Assembly (NCBI RefSeq): GCF_018977255.1
Contig: NW_024704743.1
Location: 65,226,001-65,290,000 of the forward strand
Source of the DNA: Callorhinchus milii
Taxonomy: Eukaryota
Length of the DNA: 64,000 bases
Direction: 5' to 3'
Position 1 is the stretch's first letter. Every line of letters starts with the position of its first letter. Positions 14,009-26,156 of the stretch are shown one piece after another. The translations under genes were made by a program, and so were the position numbers. The notes beneath the pieces were generated by a model. The model was given only the letters and a program-made list of their open reading frames with translations, ran no database searches and was not told where the DNA came from.

Positions 14009-17000
14009 GTCGGCGCTGCTTTGGGTCCGGAGTCGCTCCGCCTTGTGCTCTGTGTGACTGTAACCGGCACCGCCAGCGCTCGGCTGCCTGTCAGTCACAG
14101 GCCTGCCCGCCTGCCCGCCTGCCCGCCCTGCCCTGCCTGCCCTCTCTCTGCACATGGACTGGGCATCGCTCCCCTCCTGCCACCCCAGGCACCATGCAAC
14201 ATCACACAGTGCTGTGCCTGTCTCTCAGCCTGGAGGGGAAAAGCATTTAATAATACATAATAATCCCTACACTGGATATTGCACCTTTGCTGATATCTGA
14301 TGATAATAATAATAATAATAATAATAATCCTCGCATTTGATATTGCATCTCATCACGGCTTCGAGACGTCTCAAAGCGCTTCACAGAATATACCGCAAAG
14401 TACAGGGACTGTGTGTTTCGTAGGCAAATTGGATACTACTGTGACCTAATTTGTTTTACCAGACAGTGCCCTTAACGGCATCATATGCCATCGTTATTTA
14501 ACTACTTAAGTGTTCCGAGACGCTATCCACGTGAAGAGCGCTAGAAAAGGTCACGTTGCGGTTGAAGCTGTACGGTTTCCGCTGGTTAAAATGTACAGTC
14601 AATTCACTTTACGGTATATGCTGTGAAGCGCTTTGAGACGTCTCAAAGACGTGATAAGGCGCTATATCAAATGCAAGGATTATTATTATTAATCTCCACG
14701 GGATATCCCAACACACTTCTGGTGAAGCAACTCTTGATTCTCGCCGACCTGCACCTGAATACTCTCCGGGAGCAGGTGAGCGAGATGCACCCCTCCAGGG
14801 AGAAAGTGTGCATTTCATTCCAGACCCAGGGATACTTCCATATGGAGGCAGTACAGCTGAACCCCAGTCTGGTCTGAGTACTCTTGAGCACAGTGATGGG
14901 TATCCAAGGTAACCAGTTGACCAAAACAAAAACGGTAACGTACCTGGTTCAAGTAACATGAGTCCCTGTGTCTGACTAACAACCTCCCAAATAATTATTC
15001 GCTCTATGGTTATTTGTTGCAGACATTATGTGTTATTTGCCGACGGAACACGCAGTTGCTACACTTTACGGTAAACCCTGTGTTTTGAGACATCCACTTG
15101 ACATTAAATATGGTATATCAAAAAAAGTTTCCCTCAAAAGTTGCTACATTGTGTGAAAGAGTGTACCTACATCGCAGTTTGGTTATCTTTTCTGGCACAT
15201 TAAGTGTGTGTTCACTTCAAAATACATCCGAAAAGCCTCACTTTGTTGGTCACCTTGAGCCTGCACCACCTATGGCCTCAAGATTTCTCCCCAGTAAGTA
15301 CTTGGGGGCGCTACAGACCTGGGTGTTCACAAGCTGCGTTTATTATTTAGTTTCCATTATTTGTATTTATTATTTGTTTATTATTTCCATTTATTATTTA
15401 TTTGTTATTATTTATTATTTAGTTTCCCGTGGAAATACACTGCATGTCATATGCATGTTTGTTTATTGAAAAAACAAAGTAAAATAATAGGTCTCACAAG
15501 TTGTACATTACAGAATAAATGGCAAACATCTCTAATGTTTGAACAATTAGTCTGAACAGTACAGATTCAGGTACAACATGGAGGAGATGTGTGTTGGACC
15601 CATTACTCAGAAACATTAATCCTACAGTTTCTACAATAATTAATGATATCTTGGAATTAAAGAATATTGCGTTCAGGGGAAAAGAAAGACATTTTGCTGT
15701 GATCTGGAATGTAAGCAAATGAGACCGTAGCAGATAATAAAAAATTGTATCCACATTCATCAATCTCACAGTGAAGGGATGGAATGGAAAATTGAATTCA
15801 TGTAACGTCTTTGACGTCAGGAGGTCATTCAGACCATCAAGTCTGCTTTATCATTGTATTAAAACATGGCAGCTCTTTATATTTTAATCTAATTTCCCTA
15901 CACTTACTCCAGATATCGTTTACAACACTTAAAAGTATATCTTCCTTTTAGTCACAATTGATTCCTTCAGAGGCAGGGCATACCACAATAATGCACCGTT
16001 AAACACAAACTAAGAGATTCTTTGTGTGAAGAAATATTCTGCATTTTTACTTTTAACGTGTTTAGTTATAATTTAAAGATTATGCCCCTTGTGCTGGTTT
16101 TGTCTACCAGAGAGAAATGTTATTGTCAGGACAGGTCTCCAGGGAGGAACTTGAAATGATAGGATAAATTCTGCTTTGCTTTTAACAAGCGTTAAAACTG
16201 CAGGAAACTTTTAGTTATTTTCTATAAGAATCTTAATCACTGAGTAAATTAGTATTGAGAGAAATAGAGAGTGACATAAATTTCCATAATTGAGGCATAG
16301 TTTCTCACAAACACAGCACAACTGAACAGTCGGCAGCTTCACCTCTGTGATGATTCATAAAACAATACTGTCACACAAAAAGATATTTCAGAAAATATAT
16401 TTGGTGACACACTTTGCAGGAGTGTGTCATTTTCTTTGGGACTTTGAACTCACTTAGTCTACAAAAAACAACTTGTATTTATATAGTGCTGTTCACGTGA
16501 TGTAGTCTCGGAGCTCAGGATCTAGAATGACACTCCAGTACGATGCTGGGATCAGGCTGTATTGTTGGAGGTGTGCCTTTCATGTCAGGGGGACATCTCA
16601 AAGCGCTTCACAGCATTCCCTGTAAAGGGCAATGACTCTGTATTTTTGCAGACAAACCTGGCAACCAATTTGTACACAGCAATGTCCGACAAACAGCCAT
16701 GAAGTGAATCACCAATTTTATTTGAGGGATCACTGGTTTGGACACTGGGCAAAACACCCTTCTCTTTTTGAATAATGCCATGGAATCTTTAATATCCACC
16801 TGAACAGGAATTCATGGTCTCATCTAAAGGAAAGGTTATTGTTGTTGCATTCAATTTCTGTCCGTAAGCAGCTTCCTTTTTAAACAGTGCCACTCAGTGG
16901 CTGACGTTTGGTGCTGCAATTACGTCAATTATTTTTACAGGAAATTGGGTATGCGACAATATACGACAGACATTACTGTGCAAAGATTTTCTGCTGCGTG

Positions 17001-17435
17001 AGAATTATTTTAAAAAATAAAAAAGGAAAATTCAAACCTCAACAGGTTAACAAACAAATTAAGAAACAAGATTAAGAAGCGGTAGGGGTTGCAGGCAGAA
17101 GAGTGGGGAAAAAGCTTGTCAGAAAGGCAGGGGATGCTGGTGTAGGAATGAATTAGTGTGTGAGGATTAGGATTGTGAACTCAATCAAGGACATTATTCA
17201 TATGCTACATAAACTTCCACTCATCCTAATGCCCCTCCCGAGCCTTCCCCCATACCCCACTATTCCCTTCTCTTTCAAGTATTCATTGACTTTTCTATTA
17301 AATATGACAACCTAGTTCAGTTGGTAGCACTCTTGCACCAGAGTCAGAAGGTTGTGAGTTCAAGCCCTACGTTGTGACTTAGAAGGCATATGGTCTATAC
17401 TAACCATCCGTTGCTGATCTGGGAATGTGCTGCAT

Positions 17436-17495
17436 TGTCGATTCTTCGCCCTCTGGGTTTACGATCCCAGCACACTTACGCTGTGACACTCTGCT
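17436..17495 (-). pseudogene. Highly decayed, 3'-truncated tRNA-iMet relic
   Basis: Minus strand reads agcagagtgtcacagcgtaagtgtgctgggatcgtaaacccagagggcgaagaatcgaca; a SINE follows the 3' end. Confidence 0.65.
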
Positions 17496-17647
17496 ACATG
17501 CTTAGTTGCTGAGCAATAAGATCTTCAAGCATTTAGTATTAAGGCATCAGCCAGACAATTAAGGATAGTAATTACCTCAGGCAGCTCATTTGGTTTCAAT
17601 TCAAAAATTGCAAAACATAGCAAATATTGCTGAAATTACCACTGAAC

Positions 17648-17719
17648 TAGCAGAGGATGGTTTCGATCCATCGACCTCTGGGTTATGGGCCCAGCACGCT
17701 TCCGCTGCGCCACTCTGCT
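17648..17719 (-). tRNA. tRNA-iMet (CAT)
   Basis: Exact 72-nt vertebrate initiator tRNA-Met sequence (A1-U72, GGATCGAAACC T-loop). Confidence 0.95.
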
Positions 17720-17884
17720 ACACAACTGCTCACTCATGAAATCACCTCATTGTCCCCCTACATCATCTATCACAAGATCAATTCTGAATTTTCTTTACAT
17801 CATCATCGTCATCATCATCTCACAAAGTCATATATACTTCCATTCAAGAATTATGAAAGAAAGGCAAATCATGTAGTAAACAGT

Positions 17885-19176
17885 CCTCCTCCTCAACGTG
17901 GCTTTACAAAAGGGAAGTCATGTTTGACAAATCTCATAAGAGTTTTTGGAGGATATTTCCAGTAAATGAGATAAGGGTCAATCAGTGGATGTGGTCTATT
18001 AGGACTTCCAGAAGGCATTCGATAAGGTGCCGCATAAAAGCTTAGTCCAAAAGATAAGGGTCCATGGAATTGGGGGGAGGAGATTAATGTGGATTGGGGA
18101 ATGGTTAACGGGTAGGAAACAAAGAGTAGGTATAAACGGGTCCTTTTCAGATTGGCGGGATGTGACTCGTGGAGTGCAACAAGGATCAGTCCTCATCAAC
18201 GATCTAGATGAGGACATCAAAGTTAATATATCTAAATTCGCGGATGACACAAAACTAGGAGGAAGTGTCAACACAGAGGATGACATTAAAAAAATGCAGC
18301 ATGACATAGATAGGTTAGGTGATTGGGCAGGTAGGTGGCAGATAACGTATAATGTAGGGAAGTGCAAAGTCATCCACCGAGATAGCAAAAACAGTAGAGC
18401 GGGTTATTTTTTAGAAGGGGAGAGATTGGAATGTGTTAGCGTCCAGAGGGACTTGGGTGTCCTTGTACACCAATCACAGAAAGTTAGTCTGCAGGGGCAG
18501 CAAACAATTAGGAAGGTGAATGGTATGTTAGCATTCATTATGAAAGGATTAGAGTATAAGAGTAGGGAAGTCTTTGCTGCAACTGTATAGGGCTCTGGTG
18601 AGACCACACCTGGAATACTGTGTGCAGTTTTGGTCTCCTCATTTAAGGAAGGACGTACTTGCCTTGGAGGGGGTGCAGCGTAGATTTATTCGGTTAGTGC
18701 CAGGGATGAAGGGGTTGAGTTACGAGGATAGGCTGACCAATTAGGGCCTATATTCTCTGGAATATAGAAGAATTAGAGGCGATCTTATAGAAACCTATAA
18801 GATCATCACAGGGCATGATAGAGTAGATAGTGGGAGATTGTTTCCTCTGGTTGGAGAAACTAAAACCAGGGATCACAACCTTAAAATCAGAGGCAGCCCT
18901 TTCGCACTGAGTTGAGGAAGAACTTCTTCACTCAAAGGGTAGTGAATGTATGGAACTCGCTACCCCAAAGGGCTGTTGACGCTCAGTCCTTGAACATATT
19001 CAAGACTGCGATAGATATGTTTCTTATTGCAAAAAGGATTAAGGGATATGGGGATAAGGCAGAGTCAGGTTATTAGCTGGAGTTAGATTAGAAGATCAGC
19101 CATGATTGAATGGCGGGGCAGGCTCGAAGGGACGAATGGCCTACTCCTGCTCCTGCATGTTATGTTATGTTATGCT
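17885..19176 (+). mobile_element. 5'-truncated CR1 LINE (RT C-terminal half, 3' UTR and (tatgt)n tail)
   Basis: GFTKGKSCLTNL, DFQKAFDKVPH, QGSV, KFADDTKLGG, RDLGVLV motifs with stops and frameshifts. Confidence 0.92.
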
Positions 19177-19177
19177 A

Positions 19178-19958
19178 TGAAGTGATGCACTTTGGGTGGA
19201 AGAATGGGGAGAGGTAATATAAAGTACAATATTAAAGGGGGTGAAGGAACAGAGAGACCTGGGGGTTCATATAAGTAAATATTTGCAGTTGACAGGACAG
19301 GTAGATAAAGCTGTTAAAAAAGCATATGGGACACTAGGCTTTATAAATAGGGGCAGAGAATACAAAAGTCAGCAAGTTATGATGAACCTTTATAAAACAT
19401 TGGTTAGGCCTCAATGTTCAGTTTTGGGCACCACACTTTAGGAAGGATGTCAAGGCTTTGGAGACGGTGCAAAGGAGATTTATCAGGATGGTACCAGGAA
19501 TGAGGGACTTCAGTTATGAGGAGATGCTAGAGAAGCCAGGATTATTCTCCTTGGAGCAGAAAAGGTTAAGAGGCGACTCAATAGAAGTTTTTAAAATTAT
19601 GAGGGGATGCAATAGGGAGAACAAGGAAAAAGTATTTCCACTGGCGGGTGGGTTAGTAACTGAGGACACTGATTTAAAATATTTGTTAAAAGAAACAGAA
19701 GGGAGGTTAGGAGAAATTTTGTTACACTGCGAGTTGTTCGGATTTGGAATGCATTCCCAAAAGGTGGGGAAGCCGGTTCGAAAACAACTTTTAAGAGAGA
19801 AGTAGGTAATTATTTTGAGAGGACAAGTTTGAAGGCTATAGGGAGAGAGCGGGGAAGTGGGATTGAATTGGATAGCTCTTTTCAAAGAGATGGCACAGAC
19901 ACGATGGGCCGAATGTCCTTCTTCTGTGCTTTTTAATTCTATGATTCTATGGATGCTA
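19178..19958 (+). mobile_element. Second CR1 LINE 3' fragment with (gattctat)n tail
   Basis: EVMHFG, EQRDLGVHI, YKTLVRPQ, LFSLEQKRLRGD motifs. Confidence 0.88.
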
Positions 19959-20184
19959 TGATAAGCAGCTGATCATAAGCTGAGCTTTTTTTTAATCAAC
20001 CCATGGGTTTTGGACCTCGCCTGCTCCTGTCTGCCTCAAACTCACTTTGCAAAGAATATTAAAGTAACAGGCACGAAAGATGGGATGGGATGGGATGGGC
20101 CAGTGTGAATTTCCAGTCAATCACAGTCCTGAGTTGCTCAATTAAAGAAATAGAGCCAACTCCTGAGTGAGAGCCCTCATTGAC

Positions 20185-20256
20185 TAGCAGAGGATGGTTT
20201 CGATCCATCGACCTCTGGGTTATGGGCCCAGCACGCTTCCGCTGCGCCACTCTGCT
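20185..20256 (-). tRNA. tRNA-iMet (CAT)
   Basis: Exact 72-nt copy. Confidence 0.95.
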
Positions 20257-20910
20257 ATATGACTGCTCGCTAATAAAATCACCAGGTTGTGTATCATTGT
20301 CCCTCCTGCACTGTACATCACAAGATCCTTTCTGAATTTCCTTTACCTCAAACAGTCATTTGTAGTTTACTTCCAGAATTATGAAAGAAAGACAGATCTT
20401 GGACGCTATGATAAGCAGGTCACCACGAGCAGAGCACACCTTTCAGAGTCGACCCATTGGTTACCATATTTCCTGGGAGAGCAGCAGGCAGCTGAGAGTC
20501 AATCTTGACTGAACTCTTTATTTTCATACCTGATTCACGATCTGTAAAGCCCGGACTAATCAAATGGTCTTAGCAAAAGCATGCTTTTGGGAAAGAAAGG
20601 CAGATCCTGCAAGCTACGATATGCTCAAACAGGTAAGAGTGGGGTCCTTGCTCGACGGGCAGTGGAAAGGTTGCCAGACAACGATATCAATGACAAGCTA
20701 TGCGGTTTTAGCTGTGGCTCTTGCCATTCCATCCAGAATTGGGTACGCATCCCTCCAGGGAGATAATGCGCATTCCAATCCAAGAATCCATCTCAGGAAT
20801 TTCCATGTGTAGGTGGGATGCACAGAATCCTCAGTTTGGTTTGGATACTCTTAAACATGGTGATGGGTTTCCGCACGTGTCAGACACCCGGCTGACCAAA
20901 ATAATTGCAC

Positions 20911-20982
20911 TAGCAGAGGATGGTTTCGATCCATCGACCTCTGGGTTATGGGCCCAGCACGCTTCCGCTGCGCCACTCTGCT
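20911..20982 (-). tRNA. tRNA-iMet (CAT)
   Basis: Exact 72-nt copy; T4 about 10 nt downstream. Confidence 0.95.
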
Positions 20983-21401
20983 TCTTAACTACTCACTGAT
21001 GAAATCACCAGATTTTTGTATCATTGTCCCTCCTGCACTATACATCACAAGATGCTTTCTGAATTTCCTTTACCTCATAAATTATGAAAGAAATGCTGAT
21101 ACTGCATGCTATGCTTAGCAGGTCACCACGAGCTGAGCATGGCTTTTTCTTCAACCCATGGGTTTTGGGCCCAGCCTGCTCCTGTCTTACTCACTTTGCA
21201 AAGAACATTAAAATAAGAGTCAGCAAAGCTCCTGTTGCAAGCAGCATTGGATGATAAGGTCATTTTCTTAATTTGATGTCGTTTTCAAGCTGCATCGGTT
21301 CATAGTTTGAATTTCCCATCAACCAAACGGACAAAAATAGGTCAATTGAAGAAATAGAAACAAGGGCACCCCAAAACTGCTGAGCGAGAGCCCTCACTGA
21401 C

Positions 21402-21473
21402 TAGCAGAGGATGGTGTCGATCCATCCACCTCTGGGTCATGGGCCCAGCACGCTTCCGCTGCACCACTCTGCT
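21402..21473 (-). pseudogene. Degenerate tRNA-iMet copy (4 substitutions)
   Basis: Changes in the D-stem, A37>G, the variable loop and the B-box (GATCGACAC). Confidence 0.7.
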
Positions 21474-21709
21474 CCGTGTCTACAATGAGACTTTCGCACA
21501 TTTTGTGTCAAGGCTCAGGCAGGCAATTTGGATTTGCAATCGCTTCAGGCAACTCATTTCAATTCAAAACCTGTAAGAGACACCACACATTGCCGAAACC
21601 ACCACTCAGAGTGTACAAGGAAACTTTGTCTAAGCTGCTTGATTCCAATTCTGATTTGACTGCCTGACGCCATGATACAAAATGCTTGAAGGTCTCATTG
21701 TAGACATGG

Positions 21710-21781
21710 AGCAGAGTGGCGCAGCGGAAGCGTGCTGGGCCCATAACCCAGAGGTCGATGGATCGAAACCATCCTCTGCTA
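21710..21781 (+). tRNA. tRNA-iMet (CAT)
   Basis: Exact 72-nt copy. Confidence 0.95.
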
Positions 21782-22369
21782 GTGACTGGGAGGCTCTCAC
21801 GCAGGAGCTCAGGTTTGCCTTATATTGAGTACATCGATTTTTTCAAGAGCAAATTAGATAGATTTAGTTGAGGAAATAAATATCCCGGGATACAGTATAT
21901 AGTTTGGGATGTGAAGCACTGCCTTGCTCGCCCCACTATTGGCGAGCAGTCATTCAGTCTCTCTGCCCCTACCCTCTAGAAATCCATCCTCCCTTGCCTC
22001 CTTCAAGACTTGTCTCAAGACCCTCCTCCTCCACCGTGCCTTCGGTGACCCTCATACCCCTACACTCCCTGCCCTCCACCCCTCCTGCTCCTAACCACCA
22101 GCTCAGGTACAGATACCTGACCTTCCAGCACTTTGAGACGTCTTCCTGTGCGACACAAATGTAATTTGTTGTTGTAACCAAAAACTTAACTTGAAATGTC
22201 AACCTCAAAAATTAATGTTGAAAAACATCCCGGCTTTGACTTTGTTCACAAGGAATGTGCCTTCTGATAAGGAGAAGCGGGGAGAACACTTGGAAGAAAA
22301 TATTTGAGTTGGCAGTCAGCACATGGACACCTGTCAGTCTGAACACGGCTGGTAAATATGCCCTACAGT

Positions 22370-22695
22370 GGAGTCCTGTAGCTCAGTGGTTAGAGCACTC
22401 GCTTTGCAAGCGGGAGACCTGAGTTCAATTCCAGGCAGGTCAGGGCGAAACCTTGGGCAAGTTTCCTTACTCCACACGCCTAATAATAATCCCTCCAAAA
22501 CCAAAACAATAATAAATTGGTCATTTTCAATCTACGACTGTTTGTGGGACATTGCTGTGCGCAATTGGCTGCCGCGTTCGCCCACAAATATACAGTCAAT
22601 TCACTTTACAGTTTGTTCTGTGAAGCGCTTTGCGAAGTCCTCCCGACGTGAAACGCGCTATATCAAATGCAAGGATTATTATTATTATTATTATT
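22370..22695 (+). mobile_element. Full-length tRNA-derived SINE with L2-like tail, left arm only
   Basis: A/B-box head tagctcagtggttagagc...gttcaattcc, body, (tta)n tail; empty site at about 28213-28228. Confidence 0.85.
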
Positions 22696-22914
22696 ATTGG
22701 GCCTAAGAGGTTTAACCACAAAGCGTGTATGTGCCATTTGATTAGTCTGGGCTTTGCACAATAACCCACCAGGTATAATAATAGAGAGTTCAGTCAAGAA
22801 GAATCAGATACAGACCTGACAGACTTCCCAGGAAATATGGTCACTGATCAATGATTACTTTTTGACAACCTGGTCGCTCCCATTATTATGTCTAATTAAT
22901 CACTTCATGACGAA

Positions 22915-23345
22915 TGCAATAATTCTTGCATTTCATACAGCACCTGATCACATCAGTGAGACGTCTCAAAGCATTTCACAAGATATACTGCAAAGTGGAT
23001 TGACTGTATATTGTGGGCGACTCACGGCAGTTAGTTGCACACAGCAGTGTCCCACAAACAGCCATGGAGTGAATAACCAATTTTATTTTGGGGAATGTTG
23101 ACCAGGAGAAAATCTCTTCTCTTTTCACATAGTGCCATGGGATCTTTAACATCCACCTGAACAGGAAGACGTCACCTCGGTTTAACGTCTCATCCTATGG
23201 ACGGCACCTCCAACAATGCTGCTCACTCACAGCACTGCAGTGGGTGACAGTTTAGACGATGTGATACCAAGTTCCAATGTGGGTCTTGAATCCCAAACCT
23301 TCTGACTCAGAAGTGAGAGGGCTATCACTGAGCCAGGCTGACACA
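22915..23345 (-). mobile_element. Deu-domain SINE (mirror at about 27583-28000 +)
   Basis: Same head and core motifs as 46870. Confidence 0.6.
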
Positions 23346-23572
23346 CGTGACGTGTCTTGCTGTAGTGGGCCTTTGCTCTTTGTAATAATCAATGACTGTG
23401 GAAACCTTATAAAGGAAAGAATTGTTTGGGTCATTGTGTTCATTTGATATTATTTGCAAACTGCATCGAATGACAGTTTGAATTTTCAATCAATGAAATG
23501 TCGCAAATTGGTCAATTGAAGAAATAGAAATAAAGACACAGCAAAACTCCTGCGTGAGAGCCTCACCTTGAC

Positions 23573-23644
23573 TAGCAGAGGATGGTTTCGATCCATCGAC
23601 CTCTGGGTTATGGGCCCAGCACGCTTCCGCTGCGCCACTCTGCT
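23573..23644 (-). tRNA. tRNA-iMet (CAT)
   Basis: Exact 72-nt copy; divergent partner of 23893. Confidence 0.95.
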
Positions 23645-23892
23645 ACACGCCAAGAATGAGACTTTCGCACATCGTATGTCAAAGCGTCAGACAGGCAAGT
23701 TGGATTTGCAATCGCTTCAGGCAATACATTTCAAATCAAAACCTGTAAGAGATACCACACATTGCTGAAACCACCACTCAACTAGCAGAGTTACAAGGAA
23801 ACTTTGCTTTGTCTAAGCTGCTTGATTCCAATTCTGATTTGACTGCCTGACGCCGTGATACAAAATACTTGAAGGTCTCAGTGTGGCCATGG

Positions 23893-23964
23893 AGCAGAGT
23901 GGCGCAGCGGAAGCGTGCTGGGCCCATAACCCAGAGGTCGATGGATCGAAACCATCCTCTGCTA
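23893..23964 (+). tRNA. tRNA-iMet (CAT)
   Basis: Exact 72-nt copy. Confidence 0.95.
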
Positions 23965-24710
23965 GTGACTGGGAGGCTCTCACTTAGGAGTCAGATTTTC
24001 CTTATGCTGATTTCTTCTAGCAAGCAATTTATGATTTACTAGTTGTATCCATTGCGGCTTTGCTTGCAACCAAAGGATCCAATCTAGAATGTAGATTGAC
24101 ACACACACAGACATATATTTCATCTTAATCTATACTCATCTGGGAGGACTCATCTGGGGAGAAAGGCGCTTTAACAATGTAATTTTGTTGTTGTTGTCGC
24201 AGCTTAGCTTTGTCTGTGTTCTTTATTTATTCCCCCACCACTTGGTTCCTGCTCTGTGACGCACGATGTCACAGTGTCACTTTGACTCAGCGACCACCAG
24301 GTGTAACTGCAGCGATAAACGCAAAACTGAATAACGCATGAACGATAGGAGATAACTGAAAACGAATATGCCCATGTCACTCCCAAGTGCAAGACCTTTC
24401 CGATAAATCATGTCTCTGCATCAATCGGTTATTGAGATCTTTCTTGAAGCGCAGACAGACATGGTTGTTTTATTAGTATAAAGGTTAATTGGAAATTCAC
24501 ATTGGCCCATCCAATGCTGCTTGCAAGAAGGGCTTTACTGTCTGCTAGTTGGATGTTCTTCGCAAGGTGAGCATAACCCATGGGTTGATGAATACAACGT
24601 GTTTACTTTGTGATGTGGCAGTGCATTCAGTGCCTTTTACAATTTAGAATTGATCTTGTGATGTATGATACAGAGCGACACTGAGCCAAATAACGGTTAT
24701 TTCATCAGTG

Positions 24711-24781
24711 AGCAGAGTGGCGCAGTGAAAGCGTGCTGGGCCCATAACCCAGAGGTCGATGGATCCAACCATCCTCTGCTA
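24711..24781 (+). pseudogene. tRNA-iMet pseudogene
   Basis: D-loop changes (CAGTGAAAG) and damaged B-box with a 1-nt deletion (GGATCCAACC). Confidence 0.8.
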
Positions 24782-24894
24782 GTTCAGTGGTGATTTCAGC
24801 CAATGTCTGGCATCTTTTACAGTCTGAATTCAAATGAATAAGCTGCCTGAGGTGATTTGAATTCTAAATTGTAGTCCTGTAGGTTATTGGCTCC

Positions 24895-25365
24895 GTCACC
24901 CTATCACTTTCATCCTCGCCCGACTCCACTGGCTTTCCATCACACAGAGGATACAGTTGGTCCTCACCTTCAAAGCACTACATGGCCTTGCTCCCTCCTA
25001 CCTATGCCACCTCATAACCCCTTGCCATCCTGCACGTACCCTCCGCTCAGTGGGCTCCGGCCTGCTTCACGTCCTCCGCCTTGCCTGCCCCATCATTGAC
25101 GGATGGTCATTCTGCTACTCTGTTCCCACAATCTGGAACTCCATGCCACAATCCCTCTGCCTCGCCCCCTCCCTTACCCTTATCTTCAACATCCATCTCA
25201 AGATACTCCACTTCGACCGTGCTTTCGATCACCCTGCTTCCCCCTGCCCTCAACCCTCCCCAATCTCGACCCCAGCTCATGTCCGAAACACTGACTGTCC
25301 AGCGCCTTGGGAAGTCCTTCCAACGTGAAAGCCGCTATACAAAGTTAATTTTGTGGTTGTTGTTT
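24895..25365 (+). mobile_element. L2-type LINE 3' fragment in the palindrome spacer
   Basis: LTFKALHGLAPSYLCHLI motif plus L2-type tail. Confidence 0.7.
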
Positions 25366-25621
25366 TTGTATTGGTTAGAGCCTTGCAAATGATTCGACCT
25401 GGGTTCGATTCCTGGGCAGGGAGAAATGTGAGGGAAGCTTTCTTACTCTGCAAGACCTTGCTGGACCCATAACCCACGGGTTAATGAACACAACGTGTTC
25501 AGCTCGTGGTGTGGCTGAGAATTCAGGGTTTGCCTTTCACAATTCAGAATTGATCTTGTGATGTATGATGCAGGGTGACCCTGACCCAAACAACGGTGAT
25601 TTCATCAGTGAGCAATCCTGT

Positions 25622-25693
25622 AGCAGAGTGGAGCAGCAGAAATGTACTGGGCCCTTGACCCAGAGGTCGATGGATCAAAACGATTCTCTGATA
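25622..25693 (+). pseudogene. tRNA-iMet pseudogene, anticodon mutated to CTT
   Basis: About 10 substitutions across the D-arm, anticodon loop, T-arm and acceptor stem. Confidence 0.8.
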
Positions 25694-25835
25694 GTGTAAT
25701 TATTTTTGGTCAGCCCGGTATCTGAAACATGCAGAAACCCATCACAGTGCTTAATTGTATCCAAGCAAAACTGAGAATTCCATGCACTCATCCCAACTAC
25801 TCATGGAAATCCCAGAGATAGATTGTTGGAATGGA

Positions 25836-26156
25836 ATAATAAATAATAATAATAATCCTTGCATTTGATAAAGCACTTTTCACGTCTTCTAGACATCTCA
25901 AAGTGCTTCACAGAACATACTGTAAAGTGAATTGACTGTATATTTGTGGGCAAAATGTGGCAGCCAATTGCGCACAGGAGTGTCCCACAAACAGTCATGG
26001 TTTGAAGTGACCAGTTTATTATTGTTTTACTTTCTTGAGGGATTATTATCAGGCATGTGGTGTAAGAAAACTTGCCCAAGGTTCACCCTGCTGGGAGTCG
26101 AACCCAGGTCTTTCGCTTGCAAAGCGAGTACTCTAACCACTGAGCTACAGGAATCC
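25836..26156 (-). mobile_element. tRNA-derived SINE, same family as 22370
   Basis: Same head and (tta)n tail; ggaat at both flanks; absent from the paralog at about 40045. Confidence 0.8.

Larger units (their letters stand above)
11808..24315 (+). repeat. Left arm of large inverted segmental duplication
   Basis: Reverse complement of 26587-36985; mirrored ORF translations are identical (14609..14959 vs 35387..35737; 20564..20812 vs 29803..30051). Confidence 0.93.

Noticed and set aside
10598..14260. Long ORFs (up to 774 aa) rich in Cys/Gly/Val or Pro/Thr/His
   Set aside because: They are open in several frames on both strands because the satellite units lack stops; no domain is recognisable and array length differs greatly between arms.
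18027..18590. RT-like ORF (and mirror 32151-32708) as a functional gene
   Set aside because: 5'-truncated CR1 with stops and frameshifts; no endonuclease or ORF1.
22372..22440. tRNA-like sequence as a real tRNA-Ala/Cys gene
   Set aside because: It runs straight into a SINE body and (tta)n tail and lacks a proper acceptor stem; it is a SINE head.
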